The notes beneath the pieces are model-generated. The model ran no database searches, was not told the DNA's origin, and was given only the letters and a program-made list of their open reading frames with translations. Shown here piece after piece: positions 9,587-18,772 of a stretch of 20,000 bases of DNA. Both the position numbers and the translations under genes were made by a program. How positions within the stretch are numbered: position 1 is the first letter of the stretch; every line of letters starts with the position of its first letter. The stretch spans positions 23,952,939 through 23,972,938 of the forward strand of contig NC_057749.1 in the NCBI RefSeq assembly GCF_004010195.1. Reading direction: 5' to 3'. Source of the DNA: Chiloscyllium plagiosum (Eukaryota).

Positions 9587-9780
9587 GAGAAAGTGAGGAC
9601 TCGGGATCAGAGTTGAGAGTGTGGTGCTGGGAAAGCACAGCAGGTCAGGCAGCATCTGAGGAACAGGAGAATCGACAGGAGAATCGGGAACAGGAATTCC
9701 CAATGAAGGGCTTATGCCCGAAAAGTCGACTCTCCTGCTCTTTGGATGCTGCCTGACCAGCTGTGCTTTCCCAGCACCAC
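9587..9780. mobile_element. Palindromic Penelope-derived element (same family as 11537-11755)
   Basis: Inverted arms gtggtgctgggaaagcacagcaggtcaggcagcatc / gatgctgcctgaccagctgtgctttcccagcaccac, with a degenerate hammerhead core at 9700-9727. Confidence 0.75.
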
Positions 9781-10217
9781 CCGTTCTCCCATCCTTCTCA
9801 CGTTCCTCAGGCTTTCTGGTCTTGTCATATATCAGCCGAAATTCTATCTCTCTTTCTACTATCCAATTGATTCCTGTCAAGTCTACACCCTGCGGCCAAA
9901 TGTTTTAGGCTCTCTGATCAGTTCCTGCTCTGCCTCAGCTCTGAAACGGCTCAAATCTGAGTCACATCATTGCTGCCTTTGCCTTTGCTCAACTTCTCAA
10001 GGGGTTCGTCCATCCATCGTGCACCTCTGAACCACCTCAGTGACATTGTCCTCACTCTCCCAGTCTTGCCTGTCCCTCCCCAGCTGCCCCCTACAGAAAA
10101 ATGTCTTCCCCAGTTTTCTGAGCGGAGAATAATAAATCTGGGCTGCCTGGTTGCTCAGTTCCATAACCCAGCAATTCCTTTGCAACAGTTATATTTACAA
10201 CTTTGAAATGCTTTCTA

Positions 10218-10447
10218 GTTGCATCGCCATAGTCTTACCAAACCATAGGGGCTGCTCTCTCATTTGAGAGAGAAGTGACTGGTGGTGATTTAACCTGAGG
10301 GCCAGCAGACCTCAGGTGAGGGAAGAGGTTGAGAAGGAGAGCCCTTCATGGTAACCTCAAACCGATGATGGGAATTGAACCCACTCTGTTGGCATCATAC
10401 TGCTCTGTAAACCAACAATCCAGCCAACTGAGCTAAACCGATTCCCC
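10218..10447 (-). mobile_element. tRNA-derived SINE (family C)
   Basis: Minus strand begins ggggaatcggtttagctcagttggctgg (A box) ... gggttcaattccc (B box), followed by a non-tRNA body. Confidence 0.65.
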
Positions 10448-10635
10448 TTGGGATGCTTTAAATCATAAAGTAAAACTTACTATGACCGAATGGTTTAAAT
10501 GGTAACTTTCCTGGGCCAGAGCAGTTGGTTGATATTGCATTGATTACTATCAGCTTCCAAATGGTCGTTGGTAATTAGCAGCTGAATTGTCCGTCCTTAG
10601 TTGAATGGGCAAATAATATGCAAAATTAAGCAGGT

Positions 10636-11068
10636 TAGAGTTATATAGCACAGAAACGGACCCTTTGGTCCAACCAGTCATGCTGACCATAGCTAAACTA
10701 GTCCCACCTACCTGTGCTTGGCCCACATCCCTCCAAACTTTTCTTATTCATGTACTTATCCAAATGTCTTTTAGTTTTTTTAACTGTACCCACATCCACC
10801 ACTATTTCTGGACGTTCACTCCCCAAACGAACCATTCTGTGTAAAAAAAAAATTGCCTCTCTTTTTTCTTTGAATGTTTCTCTTCTCACCTTGGAAGTAT
10901 GCCCCTTGATCTTGATATGCCCCACCCAGGGGAAAAGACACCCGCCATTTGTCTTATTGACACCCTACATGATTTTACAAACCTGGATGAGGTCACCCCT
11001 CACCTTCCTACACTCCAGTGAAAAAAACCCCAGCCTATCCAACCTTTTCTTATAACTCAAACCTCTCA
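10636..11068 (-). mobile_element. CR1 3' fragment
   Basis: Minus-strand ORF 10698-10925 has CR1 C-terminal-like words (KGHTSKVR, FFLHRMVRL, HLDKYM). Homologous to 1985-2134 and 15722-15990. Confidence 0.8.
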
Positions 11069-11125
11069 AGGTTCTCAAAGTCAAGGACGAGATGCTGTTT
11101 GTTTAAAAAAAAAAGATGAAGCTGT

Positions 11126-11487
11126 TGGATGTGGGTTTGCTCGCTGAGCTGGAAGGTTCATGTCCAGATGTTTTGTCACCCTACTAGCTAACATCTTCAG
11201 TGGGCCTCAGGCGAAGCACTGTATATGATTCCTGCTTTCTATTTATATGTTTAGGTTTCTTTGGGTCGGTGTTGTCATTTCCTGTGGTGATTTCATTTGC
11301 TGTGGTGATGTCATTTCCTGTTCTTTTTCTCAGGGGGTGGTCGATGGGGTCTAACTCGATCTGCTTGTTGATAGAGTTCCAGTTGGAATGCCGTGCTTCT
11401 AGGAATTCTCGTGCATGTCTCTTTTTGGCTTGTCCTAAGATGGATATATTGTCCCAGTTGAAGTGGTGTCCTTTCTTATCTGTATGT
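11126..11487 (-). mobile_element. Penelope-like element 3' fragment (GIY-YIG C-terminus plus terminal region)
   Basis: GHHFNWDNISILGQAKKRHAREFLEARHS. 13-bp TSD aagatgaagctgt (11113-11125) / aagctgaagctgt (11488-11500). Inverted homolog of 15301-15613. Confidence 0.85.
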
Positions 11488-11536
11488 AAGCTGAAGCTGT
11501 GTAAAGACCAGTCAGTATTTGGTTGTATCATTAAAT

Positions 11537-11755
11537 AGGAGAAAGTGAGGACTGCAGATGCTGAAGATCAGAGTCGAAGAGTGTGGTGCTGGAAAAGCAC
11601 AGCCGGTCAGGCAACATCCGAGGAGCAGGAGAATCAACGTTTCGAGCATAAGCTCTTCAGTCCTGATGAAGGGCTTATGCCCAGAACATCGATTCTCCTG
11701 TTCCTCGAATGCTGCCTGAGTAGCTACGCTTATCCAGCACCACACTCCTCGATAC
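11537..11755. mobile_element. Palindromic Penelope-derived element with hammerhead-like cores
   Basis: Inverted arms around a centre at ~11660. CTGATGA-A-GGGCTTATGCCC at 11663-11682. 13-bp TSD tgtatcattaaat (11524-11536) / tgtattattaaat (11756-11768). Confidence 0.8.
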
Positions 11756-12046
11756 TGTATTATTAAATGACTGTTTGAGACTGGGGGGTGATAGCTTAAT
11801 GAAGGGGAGGGGCCTGTGTTAGAAAGATAGGGAAATGGGGCTGATGGGATTGGGACTGTGGCTCATGTTTGAGACCAACACCATCATCGATCGGTTGGGT
11901 TAGAAGAGCCTGTTTCTTGGTTGTCTTTTATGTGAGATTCCTGGAGAAGTCTCTGGATTTCTTTGGACAATTATAGTGAGCGTGATAACAGCACAGCCTC
12001 GTCTGCATGAGTTTGTGATGTCTCTAACACTTCCTCCTTCCTGTAG

Positions 12047-12123
12047 AAGCAAAGTAAGGATCGATTTGGACTGGAAGGGGATGAAGAGTCAACAATGCTG
12101 GAAGAATCGGTCTCTCCAAAAAA
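12047..12123 (+). CDS. TLN2: Talin-2 coding exon (head-rod linker): KQSKDRFGLEGDEESTMLEESVSPK(K)
   Basis: Acceptor cctgtAG, donor GTaaag at 12124, 77 nt ending in phase 2. FGLEGDEESTML and SPKK motifs. Confidence 0.93.
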
Positions 12124-12324
12124 GTAAAGAATCAGAGCTATTTAACCATAATTATTCTTGCACCTCTCCTCACCAGAAAATACATAAACCTTCCTACTGA
12201 CTTCCAGACTGACTGAAATCTGAAATGTTTAGTTAGAGAACAAACATGTTCCAAAATCTTCATGCATCTTGGTTTTTCCAAACCGTCTGTTTGCGTCAAT
12301 CTAAATTGTGAGCTCTGTTTGGGA

Positions 12325-12993
12325 GTTGCTCTGAGTTGGAAGATGGTGGGTTCAAGTCTCACTCTGGAATTTGAGCGCATCATTGTCATGCTGACCCTCC
12401 CACTGAGGGAGCGTGGCATCTTGTTGAGGGGAATGCTCCTCAGAGTCTCCCCACCTTCCTTTCCTGGTGGATGTGAGAGATCTCCTGGCACTGGTTTCAA
12501 GATGTTCCTAGTGTCGCAGTCCGTGGTTATCTCCCTATCCAACATCACCAATAATGAATAATCTGCTCATTGTCACACTGCTGTTTCATAGGAGCATAGA
12601 ATCCCTACAGTGTGGAAACAGGCCATGTGGCCCAACAAGTCCACACTGAGCCTCCGAAGAGTAATCTACCCAGACTCAATCCTCTACCCTCAATTTACCC
12701 AACACTATGGGCAATTTAGCGTGGCCAATTCACCTAATCTGCGCATTTTTGTGTATGTGGGAGGAAACCCATGCAGACACGGGGAGAATGTGCAAACCCC
12801 ACACAGGCAGTCACCAAAGGCTGGAATTTAACCCAGGACCCTGGTGCTGTCAGGTAACAGTGCTAACCACTGACCAACGATGTGCCCCAACACTGTGCTG
12901 TTTGTTGGGAGCTTCCCATTTGCAAATTGGCTGCTGCGTTTCTTCAATGGCGACTGCGTGTTGTCCCACGATGGCATGAGGCGCTGCGCAAAT
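12325..12993 (+). mobile_element. Old Deu-domain-like SINE (SacSINE1/AmnSINE1-type), split by an HE1-like insertion
   Basis: B box gggttcaagtc. Deu-like words recalled from memory: ggtggatgtgagagatctcctggcact, tccaacatcac, tcattgtcacactgctgttt|gttgggagctt...gcaaattggctgctgcgttt. Confidence 0.6.
12587..12895 (-). mobile_element. HE1/V-SINE-like SINE nested in the Deu-like SINE
   Basis: Homologous to the other copies. Flanking duplication tgctgttt at 12579-12586 and 12896-12903. Confidence 0.85.
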
Positions 12994-13065
12994 TCGGAAT
13001 TATTTTTTGACGGCGGTTGAACCCTGCCACTGGTGAATAACTCTCCTGCCCTTAACTCTCCACAG

Positions 13066-13246
13066 ATCCACCATACTGCAGCAGCAGTTTAATAAGACAG
13101 GGAAGATTGAGCACGCGTCGGTGGCGCTGCCCGCTGTGATGAGGCCGGGCGCGGGCGGGCCGGAGAGCTTCAACACTGGCACCATGCCAGCTCCTCAGCA
13201 GCAGATCCTGAGTGGGCAAATGCACCGGGGCCACATGCCCCCACTG
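13066..13246 (+). CDS. TLN2: Talin-2 coding exon (linker): (K)STILQQQFNKTGKIEHASVALPAVMRPGAGGPESFNTGTMPAPQQQILSGQMHRGHMPPL
   Basis: Acceptor ccacAG, donor GTagga at 13247, 181 nt (1+180). Talin linker motifs LQQQ and GQMHRGHMPPL. Confidence 0.94.
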
Positions 13247-13582
13247 GTAGGAATCTGGAGTTACGATTTCTGGACAGCAGTCCACTTGTTCATTCCACAA
13301 CCAGTGAGAACTCACTTCACAGTTTGTCATGTTTTTCAACAATGCATTAACACCAAAGTTCATTTATTGCTCCCATTCCTTTGGAAGCCCTTTGATTTGC
13401 AATTTGGATTCAGTTTCTTGATTTTTATTTTTAATAAATTAAAAGTTGTGCGTGTTTATCTTAAAAATAATTTCACCTTAGATTCAGACACTGACTTATG
13501 TTGATTAATGTGCATCTTTTATCTTTGAAAGAAATGTACGATTTGATCCTAACTGGCTTTGCTAATTTGCTCTGCCTAACAG

Positions 13583-13696
13583 ACATCAGCACAGCAAGCA
13601 TTAATGGGAACCATTAACTCCAGTATGCAGGCGGTTCAGCAAGCTGAGTCTGACCTGACTGAGATAGATAATTTACCCCCACTGGGGCAGGACATG
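13583..13696 (+). CDS. TLN2: Talin-2 coding exon (rod R1): TSAQQALMGTINSSMQAVQQAESDLTEIDNLPPLGQDM
   Basis: Acceptor taacAG, donor GTgagt at 13697, 114 nt, phase 0/0. Confidence 0.95.
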
Positions 13697-13884
13697 GTGA
13701 GTCTGTTTGCTCCCGCTTCACTCCTTGTTTCAAATCATAATCGACGTGTCTCAAATGGGAAAGCCCTGGGCCTGATTTTATCCATTGGTTGACATTCTCT
13801 TGAATTATTCAGCACACTTTCGTCTATTAGCAGGGACTCTCGTCAGTTGTGCATTTGGGGTTTTTGAAATGCCGGCATTGTGAG

Positions 13885-14230
13885 CCCCGGGTTAATGTTC
13901 TTGGCGATGTGGGTTCGAATCCTGTCACAGGCAGATCGTTAAAATCCAGAATGTAGAAAACAAATAGAGTGTAACGCCGACTGTGTGACCACAGTCAATT
14001 GCTGTTCAACACCCTACCTGGTTCGTTTTCGGGGAAGGAAATCTGCTGTCCTTACCTGGTCTGGTCTACATGTGACTCCATGTGATTGATTCTTAACGAA
14101 AGCTTCTGACCTGAATCATCGACTCCCCTTCTCTTCTGACGCTGCTGTGCTTTTTCCAGCTCCACTCTGACTCTCCAACATCTGCAGTTCTCACTATCTC
14201 CTAGTTGATTCGTAACTGCCCTCTGAAATG
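13885..14230 (+). mobile_element. SINE family B copy, interrupted at 14098-14204
   Basis: B box gggttcgaatcc. The stretch gggaaggaaatctgctgtccttacctggtctggtctacatgtgactcca is the reverse complement of the 4930-4985 core. Confidence 0.75.
14098..14204 (+). mobile_element. Single arm of the Penelope-derived element family
   Basis: gctgtgctttttccagc...catctgcagttctcactatctcc is the reverse complement of the 11538-11605 arm. 12-bp TSD ttgattcttaac (14086-14097) / ttgattcgtaac (14205-14216). Confidence 0.75.
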
Positions 14231-15053
14231 ACTCGACGAGCAACTGGGTTCACGGGGTTACGAAGCAAACAAAACCTTGACCTTGCCGTTCGTGTTCACG
14301 TCCTGTACATGGGTAAAGTGCATTTGATGGGAGGGGTCCGGGTGTTTGGGCTAACCCCCCCCCGTTCCTCCTCCAGTGTTACCTGTGAATATCGAAACCC
14401 CCAGTCCATCCAGACTGGCTATCGAAGGCTGCAACTGTTTGCAGAATGGGTTGCTGTATCATAACTGACTGAACAATATCAGTCCGTTTGGCCCATCTAA
14501 TTTGTGTTGGTGTTGATCAGCATTTGTAGGAAGGTGGTGTTCTTTCCCTGGTCATTGAAGAGCAGCTGGCATTATTGAATGTAACCATATTGTTTTTGCC
14601 CATTCACAGGCTGGCTGGGTCCACAACTCATTTACCTGGAGTTATGCAGACTCCAGTGCCACGTGAATTTGGTCAGTCAATATCCTGAGAGTAACAAGAC
14701 CGTTTTCTTTACCCGACACTGTATTCCTCTATTCTGTTCTTTCCTCAATGTGTCCACACTGTTTTCCTCAGTCTCTGAGTGTTTCCAGATTATCAGCACA
14801 ATTTTTCTCCTTGGATTTATAACAAACAGTCTTGTATGCCAAAATTTGATATTTTAAACATGAGTCACTCACAGTTATGGTGTTCATAACCTGTGCTCAT
14901 CGACGTTTGCCTGTTTACAAATCACTCAGTGGTCATTCAGGATGTGAAACTCAGGAGAGAAATGAGAAGGGGACTTGTTTAATGGTTGTTGGAAAAGGAG
15001 ATATCGCACCCTGACAGCCTCTGCACATCCATCTGATTTAGTATCCCACTCAT

Positions 15054-15618
15054 GACTGCCAGACTACTCAGACCTCTTGGCATCATAGTAGCCCACAAAC
15101 CCACCAACACACTAAAAAAGCAGCTAATGAACTTGAAAGACCCTATGCAGACGAACAAACAAACTAATGTCATATACAAAATACCTTGCAAGAACTGTAA
15201 CAAACACTACATTGGACAAACAGGCAGAAAACTAGCCAGAAGGATACATGAACAGCAACTAGCCACAAAAATGACATGACCCACTCTCTTTAGTATCCTG
15301 ACATACAGTTGAGGAAGGACACCATTTTGACTGGGACAACTCATCCATCCTAGGACAAGCCAAACAGAGATATGCGCGAGAATTCCTAGAAGCATGGCAT
15401 TCCAACCGGAACTCTATCAACAAACACATTGACTTGGATCCCGTTTACCACCCACCAAGGAAATGGCATCACCAACTCAAGGAAACCTAAACACATAAAT
15501 AGAAAGCAGGCTATACCACCAGTACTTCATCCGGAGGCTCACTGACGTTACCCAGTTTGGAGACGAAACGTCAGAAAATGAATCTTCCAGCTCAGCGAGC
15601 AAACTTACATCCACACCC
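15054..15618 (+). mobile_element. Penelope-like element 3' fragment encoding a degenerate GIY-YIG endonuclease
   Basis: NVIYKIPCKNCNKHYIGQTGRKLARRIHE, then a frameshift to GHHFDWDN..REFLEAWHS. 11-bp TSD atcccactcat (15043-15053) / atcctactcat (15619-15629). Confidence 0.88.
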
Positions 15619-15721
15619 ATCCTACTCATCCTGTTCCCAGTAGTCCACTGGGAAAGTAATGTCATTTGCTCTAACTGTGGAAATGGATTGGATGGGCTCT
15701 AGAGTTGTGTTTTCTTTATAC

Positions 15722-15990
15722 AGAGTTATGCAACACGGAAACCAACCCTTCCGTCCAACTCACCCATGCCGACCAGATATCCTGAATTAAATTAGATTAG
15801 ATTCCCTACAGTGTGGAATCTAGTCCCGTTTGCAAAAATTTGGTCCATATCCCTATAAACCTTTCCGATTCATGTCCCTATTAAATGTTGTATTTGTATC
15901 AGCCTCCACCACTTTCTCTGGCAGCTCATTCCATACATGCACCACCCTCTGTGTGAAAAAGTTGCCCCTTAGGTCTCTTTCAAATCTTTC
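15722..15990 (-). mobile_element. CR1 3' fragment containing a 28-bp SINE-tail insertion
   Basis: Homologous to 10636-10880 (ctccaccactttctctggcagctcattcc...ctgtgtgaaaaa). Confidence 0.8.
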
Positions 15991-16109
15991 ATCTCTCAAA
16001 GCTATTCCACATAATAGATCTCAGTGAGAGGTCTGAGAGCAGACAGCACAATATACATTGGCGTTAAAGGTGGCTAGGACTTGGATCAGATGTGACTCAG
16101 AATGGGTTT

Positions 16110-16392
16110 TTATTTATTCTTTCACAGAATGTAGGCATTGCTGATAACATTTATTACCCAACCTTAATTACCCAAAGAGCAGTTAAGAGTCAACCGCATT
16201 GCTGGGGGTCTGGAGTCACATGTAGGCCAGACCAGGTAAAGATGGCAGTTTCCTTCCCTAAAGGAGATTAATGAACAAGATGGATTTTTATGACAATTGC
16301 CAACAGTTTCATGGTCATCATTAGATTTTTAACTCCAGACATCTATTGAATTCAAATTCCACCATCTGTCGCGGCGGGATTCGAACCCAGGT
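16110..16392 (-). mobile_element. SINE family B copy, 5'-truncated just upstream of the B box
   Basis: Homologous to 4834-5120. Perfect 13-bp TSD tcagaatgggttt at 16097-16109 and 16393-16405. Confidence 0.85.
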
Positions 16393-16514
16393 TCAGAATG
16401 GGTTTAACGGCAACACATGTCCTGAGGGTGTTCTCCGCTGTAGATAGCGGTTGCTCTGGGATGGGAGCCATTTGCATCCTGACGACATTGCTGCTGATTT
16501 CCATCTCCCCTCAG

Positions 16515-16623
16515 GCGTCCAAGGTGTGGGTCCAGAACAAGGTGGATGAATCGAAGCACGAAATCCACTCGCAGGTCGATGCAATCACAGCGGGGACAGC
16601 CTCGGTGGTCAACCTCACCGCCG
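16515..16623 (+). CDS. TLN2: Talin-2 coding exon (R1): ASKVWVQNKVDESKHEIHSQVDAITAGTASVVNLTA(G)
   Basis: Acceptor cccctcAG, donor GTaagt at 16624, 109 nt ending in phase 1. Confidence 0.95.
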
Positions 16624-16762
16624 GTAAGTCCCGGTTATTCCAAGCGCCGTCACTTCAAACTGGATGAAAGCCTTTCCCGATTCAGTGGTACCCGCGGCAA
16701 CCCACTCGCTACCTTCTGTTGTCTTTGTCTGACCAAGTGATGGAGAATGAAGCTTAGAACAT

Positions 16763-17208
16763 GGGTCCCATTGGGCCCTGGGGACTTAGCCACCTTAATG
16801 CTCTTCCAGAGACTCAGCACCCGTTCTTTCTTAATCTCACAATGCCCTAACAGTTTAGCATGCTCCACACCAATCTCATTCTCCTTCTCCTGGGTGAATA
16901 CTGACGCAAAGTACTCATTTCGGATCTCACCCACATTCTCTGTCTCCAAGCACAAGTTCCCTCCTTTATCCTTGAGTGGTCCCACCTTCTCCCTAGTTAT
17001 CCCCTTAATTTTAATGTATGCATATAATCCCTTGGGATTCTGTTGCTAATGAAATGCTTCCCATTTCATGGCCCCTTTTTGTTCTCCTAAATCCCTACCT
17101 GAGTTATTTCCTGCTTTCTTCATACTCCTCATGGGCCTGGTCCAATTTTGGCTTCATAAACCTTATAAAATATTTGACTAAATTCACAGCCTCTCTCATT
17201 ATCTAAGG
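16763..17208 (-). mobile_element. CR1 ORF2 internal fragment (endonuclease-RT linker)
   Basis: GPLKDKGGNLCLE..NEYFASVFT..KSPGPNG, homologous to 2200-2495 on the opposite strand. Confidence 0.85.
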
Positions 17209-17304
17209 GGCCAGTTGGTGCAGTTGGAGTGTGATCTATAATTCTAAGGAGAAATGTGACATTAACCTTTGAAAGTGGAATGTGTTTTTTCCTTACACAG
17301 GCAG

Positions 17305-17730
17305 GAGGTTAGTGTGATTGGGGAGGCGAATGTGGCACTGGGGAGGGTGAGTGTGCCGCGGGGGCGAGTGTGACAAGGGGTAGGTGTGACAGGGTGAGTG
17401 TGATGGGGCAGGTATGCCANNNNNNNNNNNNNNNNNNNNNNNNNNNNNNNNNNNNNNNNNNNNNNNNNNNNNNNNNNNNNNNNNNNNNNNNNNNNNNNNN
17501 NNNNNNNNTGAGTGCGACAGGGAGCGAGTGTGACAGGGTGAGTGTGATGGGGGTGGGTATGACATGGGGATGAGTATGTTGTGGGGCGAGTGTGATGGAG
17601 GGGAGGAGGTATGTGTGACGGAGAGGAGGGCGAGTGTGATGTCGGAGTGTGTGTGACGGAGGGGAGGGTGAATGTGATGAGGGAGTGAGTGTGACAGAGA
17701 GGGTGACTGTGATGAAGGGGTGAGTGTGTT
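17305..17730 (+). repeat. G/T-rich degenerate minisatellite (GAGTGTGA-like units) spanning an assembly gap
   Basis: Recurrent gagtgtgac/gagtgtgat. The string gtgtgacagggtgagtgtgatgggg occurs on both sides of the gap. Confidence 0.8.
17420..17508. other. Assembly gap (89 N)
   Basis: Run of N. Confidence 0.99.
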
Positions 17731-17865
17731 GCAGGATTTAAGAACCCCCCCCCCGCTACTTTACAGTGCCATGCACAGCCTGTCAGCACAGAGAGGAGAA
17801 AAGGAGCACATGCTTCAACTGCCCTGGGACTCAGTAACGAGAGAGTGTGCAGCCTGGGGGCGGGG

Positions 17866-17905
17866 GTGTGTGTGTGCGTGTATGTGTGTGAGAGAGAGAG
17901 AGAGT
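17866..17905 (+). repeat. Imperfect (TG)n(AG)n microsatellite
   Basis: Read directly from the sequence. Confidence 0.85.
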
Positions 17906-17999
17906 GTATGGGGGTAATGTGATGGCAGGAGGAGCAGGGCTGAGTGTGACGTGACGCGGAAAGCCGGGACAGGTTGTAAATGGCGGTGCTTCCCTCCAG

Positions 18000-18208
18000 G
18001 AGATCCCGCAGACACCGATTACACAGCAGTGGGCTGCGCCATCACTACCATCTCCTCCAACCTGACGGAGATGTCCAAGGGGGTGAAGATGCTGGCTGCT
18101 CTCATGGACGATGACATTGGCAGTGGGCAGGACCTCCTGCGGGCCGCGAGGACGTTGGCTGGCGCCGTGTCTGACCTGCTGAAGGCAGTCGAACCTTCGT
18201 CAGGGGAG
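18000..18208 (+). CDS. TLN2: Talin-2 coding exon (R1): (G)DPADTDYTAVGCAITTISSNLTEMSKGVKMLAALMDDDIGSGQDLLRAARTLAGAVSDLLKAVEPSSGE
   Basis: Acceptor cctccAG, donor GTgagc at 18209, 209 nt (2+207). Phase matches the previous exon. Confidence 0.95.
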
Positions 18209-18414
18209 GTGAGCTGGCGGGAGGGGGAGGGTGATGAGTCACGAGCTGGGTGGGGGTGGGGTGGAGTGGGCATCGTGAAAACATTTCTCGTTGAAGTCTG
18301 AAATGCAAAGAAATTGAGAAAATTGGATGGGCAGTCACACAATTTCTGGCTTTGGGAAACCTATTTACAGCTGTTAGTTTTGCCGGCTGGCGTTGGAGAA
18401 TAACATCAAACCAA

Positions 18415-18585
18415 ATACAGAGGCCGTTCAATCCATCATGCCTGTACTGGCTCTTTTGAAAGAGCAATCCCACTGGCTCTGCTTTGTCCCAATAGGCTGG
18501 TTTTATTTCACCTTTTCCAATGTTTACCTGATTCCCATTTTGAAGGTCCAACTGAATCCCCATTTCCATTCCACCTCTGCCTGAT
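18415..18585 (-). mobile_element. Old CR1-like 3' end
   Basis: gaggccgttcaatccatcatgcctgtactggctct resembles the reverse complement of CR1 3' UTR termini. Highly diverged. Confidence 0.4.
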
Positions 18586-18772
18586 CTGTGCAATAATGCA
18601 CAGTGTGTTATATGGTCTTGAGCTCCTGTTATGAAATGGATGTTACCTCGCCTCCTGAGTCACTGAGCTGCAGTAAGAGCGATGCAGACCTTTGCTGTGT
18701 TCTTTAGGCCAAAGGTTTTGAAACTTATTGCTGTGTCCCTGTCACTGGGGACTGGTAGCCTTTCTTAATCTG

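Noticed and set aside
15052..15279. Stand-alone GIY-YIG nuclease gene
   Set aside because: Frameshifted, TSD-flanked 3' fragment of a Penelope-like element. The ATG overlaps the target duplication.
17262..17789. His/Pro/Thr-rich ORFs across the gap
   Set aside because: Translations of a minisatellite interrupted by Ns.
18019..18593. Long antisense ORFs overlapping talin exons (also 588-971 and 18895-19209)
   Set aside because: Shadow ORFs of GC-rich coding exons with no independent domain signal.
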